26,598 nucleotides of DNA from a virus. Its lineage: Duplodnaviria; Caudoviricetes. The position numbers and the translations under genes are program-made. The stretch lies in IMG/VR virus record IMGVR_UViG_3300021961_000534, positions 1 through 26,598 of that record, one strand, 5' to 3'. The stretch's first letter is position 1. Each line of letters begins with the position of its first letter. Shown here piece after piece: positions 14,350-24,264 of the stretch. The notes beneath the pieces are model-generated. The model was not told where the DNA came from. It ran no database searches and saw nothing but the letters and a program-made list of their open reading frames with translations.

Positions 14350-17300
14350 TTATTCCTTTTTGATTTTCTTAATTGGTGAACCAAAGAATCCTAACCAAGC
14401 ATTAATTTTAGCGTCACCATATGAATTGAGCAAACGGTCAACTTGCGAAACGGGCACAAAACTTCCCTGAACAATGTTTATTATTCTGTCGCTCGGTGAT
14501 TCTAGTTTTTCGTCATTAAATAAGTTTTGACCCAAAGCCTGTTCAATTGGAACTCTCAACAACGGGTTAAGGTTTGAACCAAACTTTTTGGGCATAGCCA
14601 ATTGCTCGAGTTGTTGTTGTACTCTTGTAAAGCCAAGGTCGGGTGCCGCATAAAGCGGCAACCCTGGAATTCTGAATGCATTAATTTGTTGCAACCAAAT
14701 AGGCAATGGTTGTTCTTGTTCGGTTTCTTTGTCTCGCAAGTTGCGTACAACAGAATTGTATATTTGATACGGCTTCGGGTTAAGCCACATGTTTTGTAAT
14801 TGTAGTGGAAGGTTTCGTGAAGTCCAAATCCAGAATGGCACAAACTGTCTCATTGCTCTATCAAGTTTGGATAGGTCTTCGTAATCAAAATAGAATCTTT
14901 TGATTCTTGCTATTGTCATGTCTACGCTCATGCCCTGGACAGCAGAATCATATCCAAGAATAAAACGTGACATGTTGTCCGATTTTTGACCAAGATTACG
15001 AGATGCGCGAGTAAGCGCCCAATCGTAAGATTTGTTGCCCGGAACAAGACTTTGGAACAAGTCACTATAAATACCGCCACCAGAACCAAGCGTTGCGGTT
15101 CTGGCTTTGGTTGCAAATACCTGTTCTTCTGGTGTCAAAGTTCGTAAAAACTTTTTCCACGAAACACCTTTACTGTATGCTTCGTTCCATGCAAAAAATA
15201 TTTCGCTAGCGCGACGATAGTGCGCTATTTGACCACCGGCTAACACATATTGAAATACGTTGCCTATGAGGTTTCTAACATGAAAGCCTGGAGTCAGCGT
15301 TGCGTAGGCTTTATGGAATTTTGTGTATCCACCAACCAAATTTGCCATTTGGCGTACAAATGCTGGGTCTTCAAAATATTTTGCGTTTTTCCAAAGTTCA
15401 TAAAACTCTGGGCTTACTTGGATGTCGTCAAACTTTGCACCAAGACGTTTCCATCCTTCCGTTATCATGTCGGCAATACCAGTTTCTTTTGCAGTAAACG
15501 GAACGGTTCGTGTTGTTGGTTTTGCCATGGAAACCAAACCATCCATTAGTCTTGCCTCGACTTCCGTTTGCGGAAGTCGGGAAGCAACAACCATTGCCTC
15601 GGCTTCTTTTGTTCCTGCATCCAAAAGAACTTCTTCCACAGGTGTTGCGGTTCCACGTTTTTTAACACTTGCTAAAATGTTTTCGGTATCTCTCATTCTT
15701 GCCATAGCATCAAAGTCAACAACCGTTGAATCAGACGCTATTACGCCCTTTGTTCGTTGAGCCTCTTTAAGCGCCTCTGCTTGTGCAGTCTTGTCAAATT
15801 CGTCGTATTGGGAGTCAAATTGTTGAACAAGACGATTGATTGTTTCTGTTTTTTCAGGTGGTAAATCTGCCACAGATTGCAATGTTCGTCGCTCAACATT
15901 GGCTGCTTGTTGATGGTACGGAAGGTCAGGATTGTAACTTGATGCAGCCGTTGCTGGCGGTGATATTTCTTTTGGCTGGTCAACAACTTTCGCAGCAGCC
16001 TGTTTCTTTTTAATTTCTTCTATTCTTGCCCGCTGCTGTGCTCGTTTAGCGATTGTGTCAGCAAGAACCTTATCTTCCTCGGGCGTTCTAAACAGTCTTT
16101 CTTTATCCCTAATAAGTTTGCTAATACTCTTGTTTCGTGTACGGTTAGTTTCTAAACCATTTCTTTTTATTGCCTTCAAAACCTCAACCTGTTTGTCGCG
16201 CATTGCGCGGGTTGTGGGCGTCATAAAAATAAACTCATCCAAATCGCTGATTTGGATATCGTTAAAATTAGCCAAAATTGAATTAAAAATTTCTGGATGC
16301 TCCCTCAACCAGTCATTCAAAACTTTGACATTTGGAGAATTTAAAATATTTTCGGGCACACCCAATATGACTAAACTGTCATAATCGGGACTACCAGGTC
16401 TTGGTCTTGCTTTTAAGCCTTGAGGAATTTCTTTTTGCGAACCTTGATAAACGTCGCTATATTCTAAATTAGTTAATCTATTAATTCTGTTTGTTTGTTG
16501 TTGCAAAGACTCAACAGCGTTGAGGGGTCTTTCGCTAGCCCCGTAAGTTTCCCACCATTCTTGAGTCCTAACTCTTTCCGTGGTGTAATAATCAATTTGA
16601 TTATCCAAACCTTTAATTTCTCTGTCTAATTCGCTAACAACATTCTTTGGTTGTCTTTTAGCTGCTTCTTCAGCAGCCAAATTCTTAACTCTGGTATGTT
16701 CAAATAAGAATTTATTGGCATCCGATTTGTTCCAAACTTCACCAATCTTTTCTTGTCGTGCAAGAAAAGTTGGTTCACTAGCAAAAGCATCAGGTTGTTC
16801 TTTGGAAACATACGAAACAAACCTTTGCAACATCTCATCGTCAGGTATTGTTTGGTCGGTGTAATCATCACCTAAAACAATGCGACGCAAATCTTCATCT
16901 TTTAGCCGTGAAACAATGTACTGTATTTTGTCGTTTGGAACATAAGCAGTATTGCGTGGGCTCACAAACGCATCCCACTCTTGGGGCGTAAATGACATTG
17001 GTTGATTATTGTATAAAAACTGTATTCTTCCCCCAAAAGTCCAGTCAACCATGCTGCCATCAATATTGGCAAGTTGTTGCAAATTTTGCATACGGTTCAA
17101 AACAGCTTTGGCTTGTGGGTAAAAATCATTTTCTTCCAACAACATTTGTTTGTTGGCAGCCAAATTTTGTTGCCCAATAATTTCACCAGTTTCGGGATTG
17201 ATGCGATTAGCTAACGGAATTTCTGTTGGTGTTTCCAAAGCCTGTCTTGATTGTTCCGGTAAAATACTATTTTGAAATCTCGTAAAATATTCGTCAGGCA

Positions 17301-20300
17301 ACAATTCGTTTAATTGATTTGTTAATTTTTCTATTTCTTGTTCTGCCAAAAGCATTGCCCTATTGGCAATTGCTACATCCCTACGCAATTCATTAACGGT
17401 TAATTTAGAAACCTCAGCCACATCATTAGTAAAATCATTCATCAAAGACGCAAACAAACCATCAGCAACTTGTTTGTTTGTTCTCTGTGAGGCACCCGCT
17501 TCACTAAAAAGAAAATTCTTTAAATCGTCGTAGTTTGCTATATCTGTGCGCCCACTAATCTTGCGGGCTTCAGCAATATACTTTCTAGCTCTTGCCGAAT
17601 TTGAAAACGCAATATCTAATACTGTTTGAAAATCAGCGGCATCAATTACTGCATTTGGATTTTTGGTTAAAAGAATATCCAACACATCAAAGGCAAGGTT
17701 GTTTTCGTTAACAAACTTTTGCGTCATGTCATCAAGATTGGAATATCTTTTATTTTTGCCTAAAACTTGTGGCATGGACTCAAGAAAAAAGTCTCTAAAT
17801 CTTGTTGATGGTTGACCCGCTATCCGTGCTGGCTGTGGACGAAACCAATCTTTTAGTTTTGTTTCATTGATGTATTTTTGTATTTTTACAAAAATACTTG
17901 TACGAACATTTTCTTCGTCTACTTGAATTCTTTTAACTTCTCTTTGTCTTGCAAGAATTTTTTGTTGACGTTTTATAATATCTTTTTTTCTTGTTTCCAA
18001 TTGCTGCAAGTGTGCGTTAAATAATTTTTGTTCATTTTGTGGATACTTTTTTAGCTGTGCCGCACGACGGCTTTCCGTATTAACCTTTGTTGCTCTTACG
18101 TTTACGGTCTTTTTAATCTTTATTACTTCATTGCTTATCTCTAAAGCGGTTTTGGGTTCCCGACCCAAAACCGTTTCAATAGCAACATTAGAAAAAGAAT
18201 TCGTTTCTAAATCCAAAACTCTTTGTTTTAATAATTTGCGTTGAGTTTCCAACAAACCATCATTCACAGCATCGCCAAGATACACGCGGATAAATTGTGC
18301 AAGGTCATCTTCCGTGCTTAAAGGCAAATCCAAATCTGGAATCAATCCTTTAATTATTGCAATTTCTTCCTCTAGACCACCTTCGTCAGTAACTGTTCTT
18401 TGAATTAAGTTTTGCAACTTCGCAATACGGTCCAACTCTCTTTGTGTCTGAAACACATACAACAAAGTTACTTCGGCGGCAATATCTTCTATTTCGGTTT
18501 GATTTAAAACAGACGGACCAAAATTAAATTGGACATACTGTTTAATTCGTTCGTCAATTCCTTTAATTATGTTTCCAAAAATTTGCATGTCCTGCAAAGC
18601 AAAACCATAGCGCAAATCATTTTTGGCAATTTCGACTCGAGACAGATTTCGTTTTTTAAGACTTGCCGTTCTTATGTTTTTCAATCTTTTAGCTTTTTCG
18701 TAAAAAGCTTGCAATACTCCAAATTTTGTTTCAGATGAAGCAAATAGTTGTTTGTCAACTTTGTTGAAAACATCTTTAAGTGCAAACGCAATTGTTTTGT
18801 CAATTGTGTCCGCATCAGCTATAGACAAGTTTTTTATTAATGCCTGAATAGAATTAATTGTTTTTTTATCTATTACGTTGTCAAATCCCAAACGAGTACC
18901 GGCTTCAGCACTATTGACAACAGTTGACCGTTTGGGAACATAGTTCCCCATTTCAACCATTCTTTGTAAGTCGCGAGCCAACGCCTGCACTCCAGAAACT
19001 GTTTCAGCAACAATTCCTTCTTTTGTCAGATTGTTAACAAGTTTGTCTCTTACCTTTTCGTATCCATCCAAAATGTCTGACAACATTTTGGGTGGAACTT
19101 CAAAAACGTTTTTTAAATCATTGAGTGTTGAACCAAATTCATCTATCGTATTTACTAAATTTTGACTAACTGGCAAAGGCGTTACTGAAGGCGTTGCCGG
19201 AACAGCAATCGCCGCTGGTTCGGACACAGTAGGTGTCAAGTTTGTGGCAGGGTAAAATGTTTCTAAATTTCCTGTTTCTACATTTTTTTGACGCGCAATT
19301 CTTTGCAAAGTTCCTATTGGGTCAATTGCTAATTGGTCAATTGAATTATCAACAGCCGTAGCAGGTGATGGAACAGCAACTGTAGGGCTGGGTGCAATAG
19401 TCGCAGGTGTGGGCGCAATGGTTGCAGGTGTAGGAACAGCAACGTCAGTTGTTGCCTCAATACCAACCCTGCCAGCAGATGTTATGGCGCGAGAAGTAAG
19501 TTCACCAACAGCGTCGCTAGTATCAATCGCAACCAACGGGTCTGCTTCTGCGTCTTTTGCAAGAACTCTAAAAAAATCTCCACCTTCTCGTTTTGCTGTT
19601 AGCAAATATTCAGTAAATCCTTGTTGCTGTGCAAAGTGCCGAGAATATTTTTGCAAAATTTTAACCATGTCATTTTCGTAAAAATTATAAGTCAATGGTT
19701 CAAATGGCTGTTTTGTTACGTCATTCAAAAGAGGCCCAGGATTTTTTGCCATATCATTCAACTCGTCAATTGTGTACGGTCTATTTTCTATAGTGTGTCC
19801 AAAAAAGTTATCTCCAGGCTGCAAACTTCTTCTTCTGTACGAAGAAGCAAACCTGTGACTGTCATCAATAGCGGCACCACCAGTTCTTGCCTTCCAGGCT
19901 TCCTCACCCATTTTCAGTCTGTCTACAACAGCTTCATCTGATTCCATGTGCGGAACATAATTTCTTTTTCTTGCAAATTGTGCACCGTATTCTTCAGAAA
20001 CCTCATTTGCTTTTCGTTGAGCATCACTAAGTCTTGAATCCAAAAAGTTTCGTACTTTTTGGGCAAGTGGACCAACAACATTGTCCGCAGTTTCTATACC
20101 GCCTTCTTGTTCCAAAACAGAAGTAAGAGATAATCTGTTTGCTTCCATATCGGGGTCATTAACAACTCTGATAACTTCTTGCGTAACATACTCATCGTTT
20201 TTGGCTGTTGCTATGCGTTGATTTTGCGCCATGCGCAAACGCACACCAGCATTCAATGCTTCTTGCGGAGTTAAGATGTCTCCGTTTTCTAAGGTTCCAG

Positions 20301-21231
20301 AAGCCAAAGCAACCCTGTCTCTTAATACGGATTGATTGTCAATGTAGGCTGCTTGAAATGTTCCATCTGGTGTCACATACTTCATCACTTTTTGACCAAC
20401 AGGATTTTTTACAAGTCCTAAACGTGCGCCTGTAACCAAATTTTCTAAAAGACCGCCAACTGGACCAGAACCAGGAAGTTTTACTCTTGAACCAAAATAA
20501 TAAATACCAGGACCACGAATACCCAAATCGTCACGCAAATATCCGGGAAGTGCTTTTTTGCCTTTGGCAGCAACATCTCTAAAAACTTTACCAAATTCAT
20601 CTTTGGTAAAGTTTCTAATCCCTGCCTCGCCCATTGCTTCCATGCGTGATTTTGCAAGGTTCGCGAGGGCGAGTCGCCCTTCGCGACCATGCACATATTT
20701 AATGCCACCCAATATTTCTCTTGTTTTGCCACCCTTAGAAATAATTTTGCCACCCGACATTATCGATTTCATTGTCGCTTTGGCGGGCACAGCACCACCA
20801 AGGGTTGCATATGTCCAAGGGTCTAGCACGGTATCGCCTATGAACCCAACAATTCTTCCGCCCCATTTATTTTTTATAGGGAACGCTGTGCCAAAACCAT
20901 AAGTTTCATCTTTTGATTGTTTAACAAAATCTGACCAACTTGCATTCGTGTTTGGGTCAGCATCCAAAACATCCACAATTTCTCTGACACCAGAAACCGC
21001 TGCTCGTTTTCCTGCGTCAAGAACGGTAACAGCTTTAAAAACTGGTTTAAGAATTTTGCCAGCAACACCTAACGCTTCTGCCGCTTTTGCGGCTTCAGCG
21101 TCCTTTGCTTCGAAATAACTTTGCAATGGACTTTTACCCAAGCCACCCGTGGTGGTTTGAGTTTGTTTTTTGGCAGAAATCTTGCCCAATTCTTTTAGGA
21201 AATCTTCTCCACTAATTGGCGGTTTGGCCAT
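14350..21231 (-). CDS. Large internal virion/DNA-ejection protein, 2293 aa
   Basis: Position after the tail and small ejection genes. N-terminal G..GD...DP.TY.T.G. C-terminal TPGFHVRN and FDYEDLS...PFW.W..RN.P, typical of podovirus large core proteins. Confidence 0.8.
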   Translation of the reverse strand: MAKPPISGEDFLKELGKISAKKQTQTTTGGLGKSPLQSYFEAKDAEAAKAAEALGVAGKILKPVFKAVTVLDAGKRAAVSGVREIVDVLDADPNTNASWSDFVKQSKDETYGFGTAFPIKNKWGGRIVGFIGDTVLDPWTYATLGGAVPAKATMKSIMSGGKIISKGGKTREILGGIKYVHGREGRLALANLAKSRMEAMGEAGIRNFTKDEFGKVFRDVAAKGKKALPGYLRDDLGIRGPGIYYFGSRVKLPGSGPVGGLLENLVTGARLGLVKNPVGQKVMKYVTPDGTFQAAYIDNQSVLRDRVALASGTLENGDILTPQEALNAGVRLRMAQNQRIATAKNDEYVTQEVIRVVNDPDMEANRLSLTSVLEQEGGIETADNVVGPLAQKVRNFLDSRLSDAQRKANEVSEEYGAQFARKRNYVPHMESDEAVVDRLKMGEEAWKARTGGAAIDDSHRFASSYRRRSLQPGDNFFGHTIENRPYTIDELNDMAKNPGPLLNDVTKQPFEPLTYNFYENDMVKILQKYSRHFAQQQGFTEYLLTAKREGGDFFRVLAKDAEADPLVAIDTSDAVGELTSRAITSAGRVGIEATTDVAVPTPATIAPTPATIAPSPTVAVPSPATAVDNSIDQLAIDPIGTLQRIARQKNVETGNLETFYPATNLTPTVSEPAAIAVPATPSVTPLPVSQNLVNTIDEFGSTLNDLKNVFEVPPKMLSDILDGYEKVRDKLVNNLTKEGIVAETVSGVQALARDLQRMVEMGNYVPKRSTVVNSAEAGTRLGFDNVIDKKTINSIQALIKNLSIADADTIDKTIAFALKDVFNKVDKQLFASSETKFGVLQAFYEKAKRLKNIRTASLKKRNLSRVEIAKNDLRYGFALQDMQIFGNIIKGIDERIKQYVQFNFGPSVLNQTEIEDIAAEVTLLYVFQTQRELDRIAKLQNLIQRTVTDEGGLEEEIAIIKGLIPDLDLPLSTEDDLAQFIRVYLGDAVNDGLLETQRKLLKQRVLDLETNSFSNVAIETVLGREPKTALEISNEVIKIKKTVNVRATKVNTESRRAAQLKKYPQNEQKLFNAHLQQLETRKKDIIKRQQKILARQREVKRIQVDEENVRTSIFVKIQKYINETKLKDWFRPQPARIAGQPSTRFRDFFLESMPQVLGKNKRYSNLDDMTQKFVNENNLAFDVLDILLTKNPNAVIDAADFQTVLDIAFSNSARARKYIAEARKISGRTDIANYDDLKNFLFSEAGASQRTNKQVADGLFASLMNDFTNDVAEVSKLTVNELRRDVAIANRAMLLAEQEIEKLTNQLNELLPDEYFTRFQNSILPEQSRQALETPTEIPLANRINPETGEIIGQQNLAANKQMLLEENDFYPQAKAVLNRMQNLQQLANIDGSMVDWTFGGRIQFLYNNQPMSFTPQEWDAFVSPRNTAYVPNDKIQYIVSRLKDEDLRRIVLGDDYTDQTIPDDEMLQRFVSYVSKEQPDAFASEPTFLARQEKIGEVWNKSDANKFLFEHTRVKNLAAEEAAKRQPKNVVSELDREIKGLDNQIDYYTTERVRTQEWWETYGASERPLNAVESLQQQTNRINRLTNLEYSDVYQGSQKEIPQGLKARPRPGSPDYDSLVILGVPENILNSPNVKVLNDWLREHPEIFNSILANFNDIQISDLDEFIFMTPTTRAMRDKQVEVLKAIKRNGLETNRTRNKSISKLIRDKERLFRTPEEDKVLADTIAKRAQQRARIEEIKKKQAAAKVVDQPKEISPPATAASSYNPDLPYHQQAANVERRTLQSVADLPPEKTETINRLVQQFDSQYDEFDKTAQAEALKEAQRTKGVIASDSTVVDFDAMARMRDTENILASVKKRGTATPVEEVLLDAGTKEAEAMVVASRLPQTEVEARLMDGLVSMAKPTTRTVPFTAKETGIADMITEGWKRLGAKFDDIQVSPEFYELWKNAKYFEDPAFVRQMANLVGGYTKFHKAYATLTPGFHVRNLIGNVFQYVLAGGQIAHYRRASEIFFAWNEAYSKGVSWKKFLRTLTPEEQVFATKARTATLGSGGGIYSDLFQSLVPGNKSYDWALTRASRNLGQKSDNMSRFILGYDSAVQGMSVDMTIARIKRFYFDYEDLSKLDRAMRQFVPFWIWTSRNLPLQLQNMWLNPKPYQIYNSVVRNLRDKETEQEQPLPIWLQQINAFRIPGLPLYAAPDLGFTRVQQQLEQLAMPKKFGSNLNPLLRVPIEQALGQNLFNDEKLESPSDRIINIVQGSFVPVSQVDRLLNSYGDAKINAWLGFFGSPIKKIKKE
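19352..19443 (-). repeat. Pro/Thr/Ala coding repeat within the large virion protein
   Basis: VAVPTPATIAPTPATIAPSPTVAVPSPATAV, with a visible 21-nt tandem unit. Confidence 0.8.
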
Positions 21232-21233
21232 AG

Positions 21234-22163
21234 TTACCCTTGTGGTTTTATTAATTTATTAATTGCCCCAGGGTTTTCTATCAACCTTTTCATAATGGTG
21301 CGTTTCATAACCTCATCCATAAATGGACTACCAGCAAGACTATTTTTCTGCATAGCGCTAGCTAAAAGATTTTTAACATCCTCATATTCTTTAGCGGCAA
21401 TTTGTTGTCGCGCCTCACTAGCTTTTTCATATTTAATTTTTTCTGCTTCTTTGGAAACCTTTGGCAATTTTGCGCGCCTTCCTTCTTCTTTTGCCTCTGG
21501 TGTCATTGACCATTTCTGCGCACGCGGGTCAAATACATATTTGGGTTCTGGTTCAACATAGTTTGGATTTGCAGACCATTGTTGTTTTTGTGGGTTGAAT
21601 ATATATTTGCCCGATTTTGATAACAGCAAATCTTTTTTGTCTTTTGCTTTTGTAGTATCGGGTGGCTCAACAGGTTGTGCCTGTTGTGCTAATCGAGCGT
21701 AAATATTAGCCATTTGTGGGGTTGGGTCATATTGAGCATTTGGTTCAGGAAGACCAGCTTCGGAAGCGACGGTTTTTCTTTTACCAAAAGCAGACTTAAC
21801 ATCGCCCATTTCTTTGCTAACTTCTTTTGCGTATTCTTGATACGCTTTCAAATCTCCACCAGAAACTTTTTTGCGAAGCTCAATAAGTGTTTGTGGCAAC
21901 GAAAATCCACCCTCAAGATTTTCTACTATCATCGTAGCAATTGGGTCAGCGTCTGGATTATTCTTAACACGAGAAATATTGGGCGCAACCGAAGCATATA
22001 TATCTTCATCGCTTTGACTTGTGTCCGTCAAGGTTCCTGTCAGAAGTCCAAGATTGGGTGAAAGGAGACTGCTCAAGTCACCCGTATTGAGCTGAGAGCC
22101 AGGTTTGCCGGCAAGTTGGCTCATTTGCGCCAAGCGCAAATAAAATTCCTCAAGCGGGTCCAC
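21234..22163 (-). CDS. Probable internal virion/ejection protein, 309 aa
   Basis: GTG start after GAAAGGA; position in the operon; internal KY.F.P..Q.WS duplication. Confidence 0.65.
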   Translation of the reverse strand: MDPLEEFYLRLAQMSQLAGKPGSQLNTGDLSSLLSPNLGLLTGTLTDTSQSDEDIYASVAPNISRVKNNPDADPIATMIVENLEGGFSLPQTLIELRKKVSGGDLKAYQEYAKEVSKEMGDVKSAFGKRKTVASEAGLPEPNAQYDPTPQMANIYARLAQQAQPVEPPDTTKAKDKKDLLLSKSGKYIFNPQKQQWSANPNYVEPEPKYVFDPRAQKWSMTPEAKEEGRRAKLPKVSKEAEKIKYEKASEARQQIAAKEYEDVKNLLASAMQKNSLAGSPFMDEVMKRTIMKRLIENPGAINKLIKPQG

Positions 22164-22185
22164 GTCTTATAGTCCTTTCGTTACC

Positions 22186-23364
22186 CTAAATCGCATACGC
22201 TTCCAAGCCAGGAGCAATACCGCCCGAAAGACCGCCAGTTTGCGTACCAGCCTCTTGTCGGGCTGCAATCTCTTGCAATATTTGTTCAATCGAGGATGGA
22301 GGAACTACGGGTTGTTTGCCGCCATCGCCCGATGTGCCACCAGACAAACTGCCACCAGCTTGAATAATTTGTTGAGCCAACTGATTAGCCAAGCTATTGC
22401 GGTCAGACTGAACACCAAACCTGGACTGGAACAACTGTTGCTGTAATGCGGCAAGCGCTTGCGCTTGCGCATTCTCTGCCTGCCCTTGATAACCAGCACG
22501 TTCTTGACCCAAACCAGTATTAAACAACAACTGTGCCATCTGAGACTCGGCACCACGAGAACCAGCACCCTGCTGAGCAACACCGCTAAGAACGTCAATA
22601 AGGTTTTGATAGTTTGCAGCCCCCTGTTGAGCCTGTAGTTGGTCTGCTTGAATCTGCCCCTGCACAGGCTGGTCGGACACACCATAAGCGCTTAGATAGC
22701 TTGTGAGAGCGTCTGGTGCGGTTCCAGCAGTTGCCTGCATGCCAGCATAAGGGTTGTTCTGATTTTGTGCAAGATATTGGTTGAGGGCATTAAAACCAGC
22801 CGTACCCAAGCCAGATGCCACATCGTATCCCTGGCCAATGTTTGTTTGCGCACGACCATATGCATCTCGAACGCCTGTTTCAGAAACCTTGCCTTGCTCA
22901 TTAATCATATTAAGCAAGTCGTCAAAACCCTTACCATACTGACCGCTCGTGTAATAGTTTTCCATTCCACCCAAAATGCGAGCGCTTTGTGCACGGTCGT
23001 AACCCAATGCGGCAAGAGCGTCTTGACGGTCTTGCGCATCTTTTGCTTTTTTGTAGGCAAGTTCCGCATAGCCAAGCTTTGTTGCACCGCTGTCCCCGCC
23101 ACCACTACCGGCACCATAGCCACCCAATGCTTGTGCTAATTTAAGCCAATAATCATTTTGGTTTGACGTACCAGAAACAGTTGGAAACAACTCGGGAGCA
23201 GATTCGGCAATTACTGCACGACTTCGTGTAATCTTGTTACTTGGAATTTGACTAGTAACAGTTCTGAAATCGTTTTCTACACCCGTGTATGGGTTGAAAC
23301 CTTTACCTGCTGGGTCCCAACGGATAACACCAGATTCCTCAACTGTATTTTCCATATTAGACAT
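22186..23364 (-). CDS. Gly/Ala/Gln-rich internal virion/ejection protein, 392 aa
   Basis: Composition and position typical of podovirus ejection proteins; TAATG coupling. Confidence 0.7.
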   Translation of the reverse strand: MSNMENTVEESGVIRWDPAGKGFNPYTGVENDFRTVTSQIPSNKITRSRAVIAESAPELFPTVSGTSNQNDYWLKLAQALGGYGAGSGGGDSGATKLGYAELAYKKAKDAQDRQDALAALGYDRAQSARILGGMENYYTSGQYGKGFDDLLNMINEQGKVSETGVRDAYGRAQTNIGQGYDVASGLGTAGFNALNQYLAQNQNNPYAGMQATAGTAPDALTSYLSAYGVSDQPVQGQIQADQLQAQQGAANYQNLIDVLSGVAQQGAGSRGAESQMAQLLFNTGLGQERAGYQGQAENAQAQALAALQQQLFQSRFGVQSDRNSLANQLAQQIIQAGGSLSGGTSGDGGKQPVVPPSSIEQILQEIAARQEAGTQTGGLSGGIAPGLEAYAI

Positions 23365-23798
23365 TAAATCATCCCCATTCTGTTTGCATAAAGCTGACGT
23401 GCAGCATTGGCAATAGTTTGTGCTTTTTCCGACTCCATGTCGGCAAGTTGATTTTTAAACGCTTCAAGACGTTGCGCTTCACCAAGGTCGTACATTCGTT
23501 GTTCCTCTAACTGTCCTTGGTCGTAATCTTGCAAATTGCGGGCACGTTGCTTAGCAAGTGTCTGCAACCCGCGAGAAAAAATACCTGACTTAACATTTGG
23601 GCCAACAAGCCCACGTCGAGAGTATCCTGCTACAACTTTTGGTTGTGCTTCGTCATATTGACGTAACATATCTTGACGCCCACGAGTTCCTCGTTGGCGA
23701 GCAAGAAAATTAGCATAAGCATTCATGGCGCCAGTTGCGCCATATTGTTGCGTGTACCCGCGCCTGCGAGCTTCGTAGTCGGCTGGATTATATGCCAT
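23364..23798 (-). CDS. Small internal virion protein, 144 aa
   Basis: Helical and Q/R/A-rich with RGL....SG; TAATG coupling at both ends. Confidence 0.7.
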   Translation of the reverse strand: MAYNPADYEARRRGYTQQYGATGAMNAYANFLARQRGTRGRQDMLRQYDEAQPKVVAGYSRRGLVGPNVKSGIFSRGLQTLAKQRARNLQDYDQGQLEEQRMYDLGEAQRLEAFKNQLADMESEKAQTIANAARQLYANRMGMI

Positions 23799-23971
23799 TA
23801 CTTAATCCTTTGATAATCCCTGCGATTTGATTGAGCCATTTCAATTTGTATCTGTTCAATTTTTTCATTAATGCGACCAATCTCCTGCGACAACGAAGAA
23901 AAGATTTGTTGCAACGCAATAGCGTCGTCCGTCTTCAATGCGTTGACAATTGGACTGTTCCATGTTCTCAT
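23798..23971 (-). CDS. Small coiled-coil virion-associated protein, 57 aa (not in the ORF track)
   Basis: MRTWNSPIVNALKTDDAIALQQIFSSLSQEIGRINEKIEQIQIEMAQSNRRDYQRIK*, with TAATG overlaps at both ends. Confidence 0.8.
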   Translation of the reverse strand: MRTWNSPIVNALKTDDAIALQQIFSSLSQEIGRINEKIEQIQIEMAQSNRRDYQRIK

Positions 23972-24264
23972 TATCCAAACACCTGCGAACCCAACACAAC
24001 CTGGTCGCTATCGCCAGTTACGCTGCTGCCGCTAGAAGCGGCCGTAATGCGGCCCTTGGCGTCAACGGTAATATCCGCAGTTGTGTACGAACCGGCAGTT
24101 ACGCCAGTTGCGGTTAGGTTATCGGAGTCAAGTGCATTGTTGTCAATGTTTGCACCAGTTGCCAAACCATCAACAAATGTTTTGATAGCGGTGAAGTTAC
24201 TATTAACTTCACCAGCTTCAGCAACTGTTCCGTTGGTAAATGAATAAGGTACTGTAAGTGGCAT
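23971..24264 (-). CDS. Short tail fibre or fibre adaptor protein, 97 aa
   Basis: N-terminal F..GT...A.EVN.NF anchor and one GVTAGSYTTADITVDAKGRITAASSG fibre repeat. Confidence 0.75.
   Translation of the reverse strand: MPLTVPYSFTNGTVAEAGEVNSNFTAIKTFVDGLATGANIDNNALDSDNLTATGVTAGSYTTADITVDAKGRITAASSGSSVTGDSDQVVLGSQVFG

Noticed and set aside
14350-21231. Large protein as an N4-like or crAss-like virion RNA polymerase
   Set aside because: I could not find the T7-type motif B (RxxxKxxxxxxxYG) with motifs A and C, nor a DxDxD/DFDGD motif. It is called only an ejection protein.
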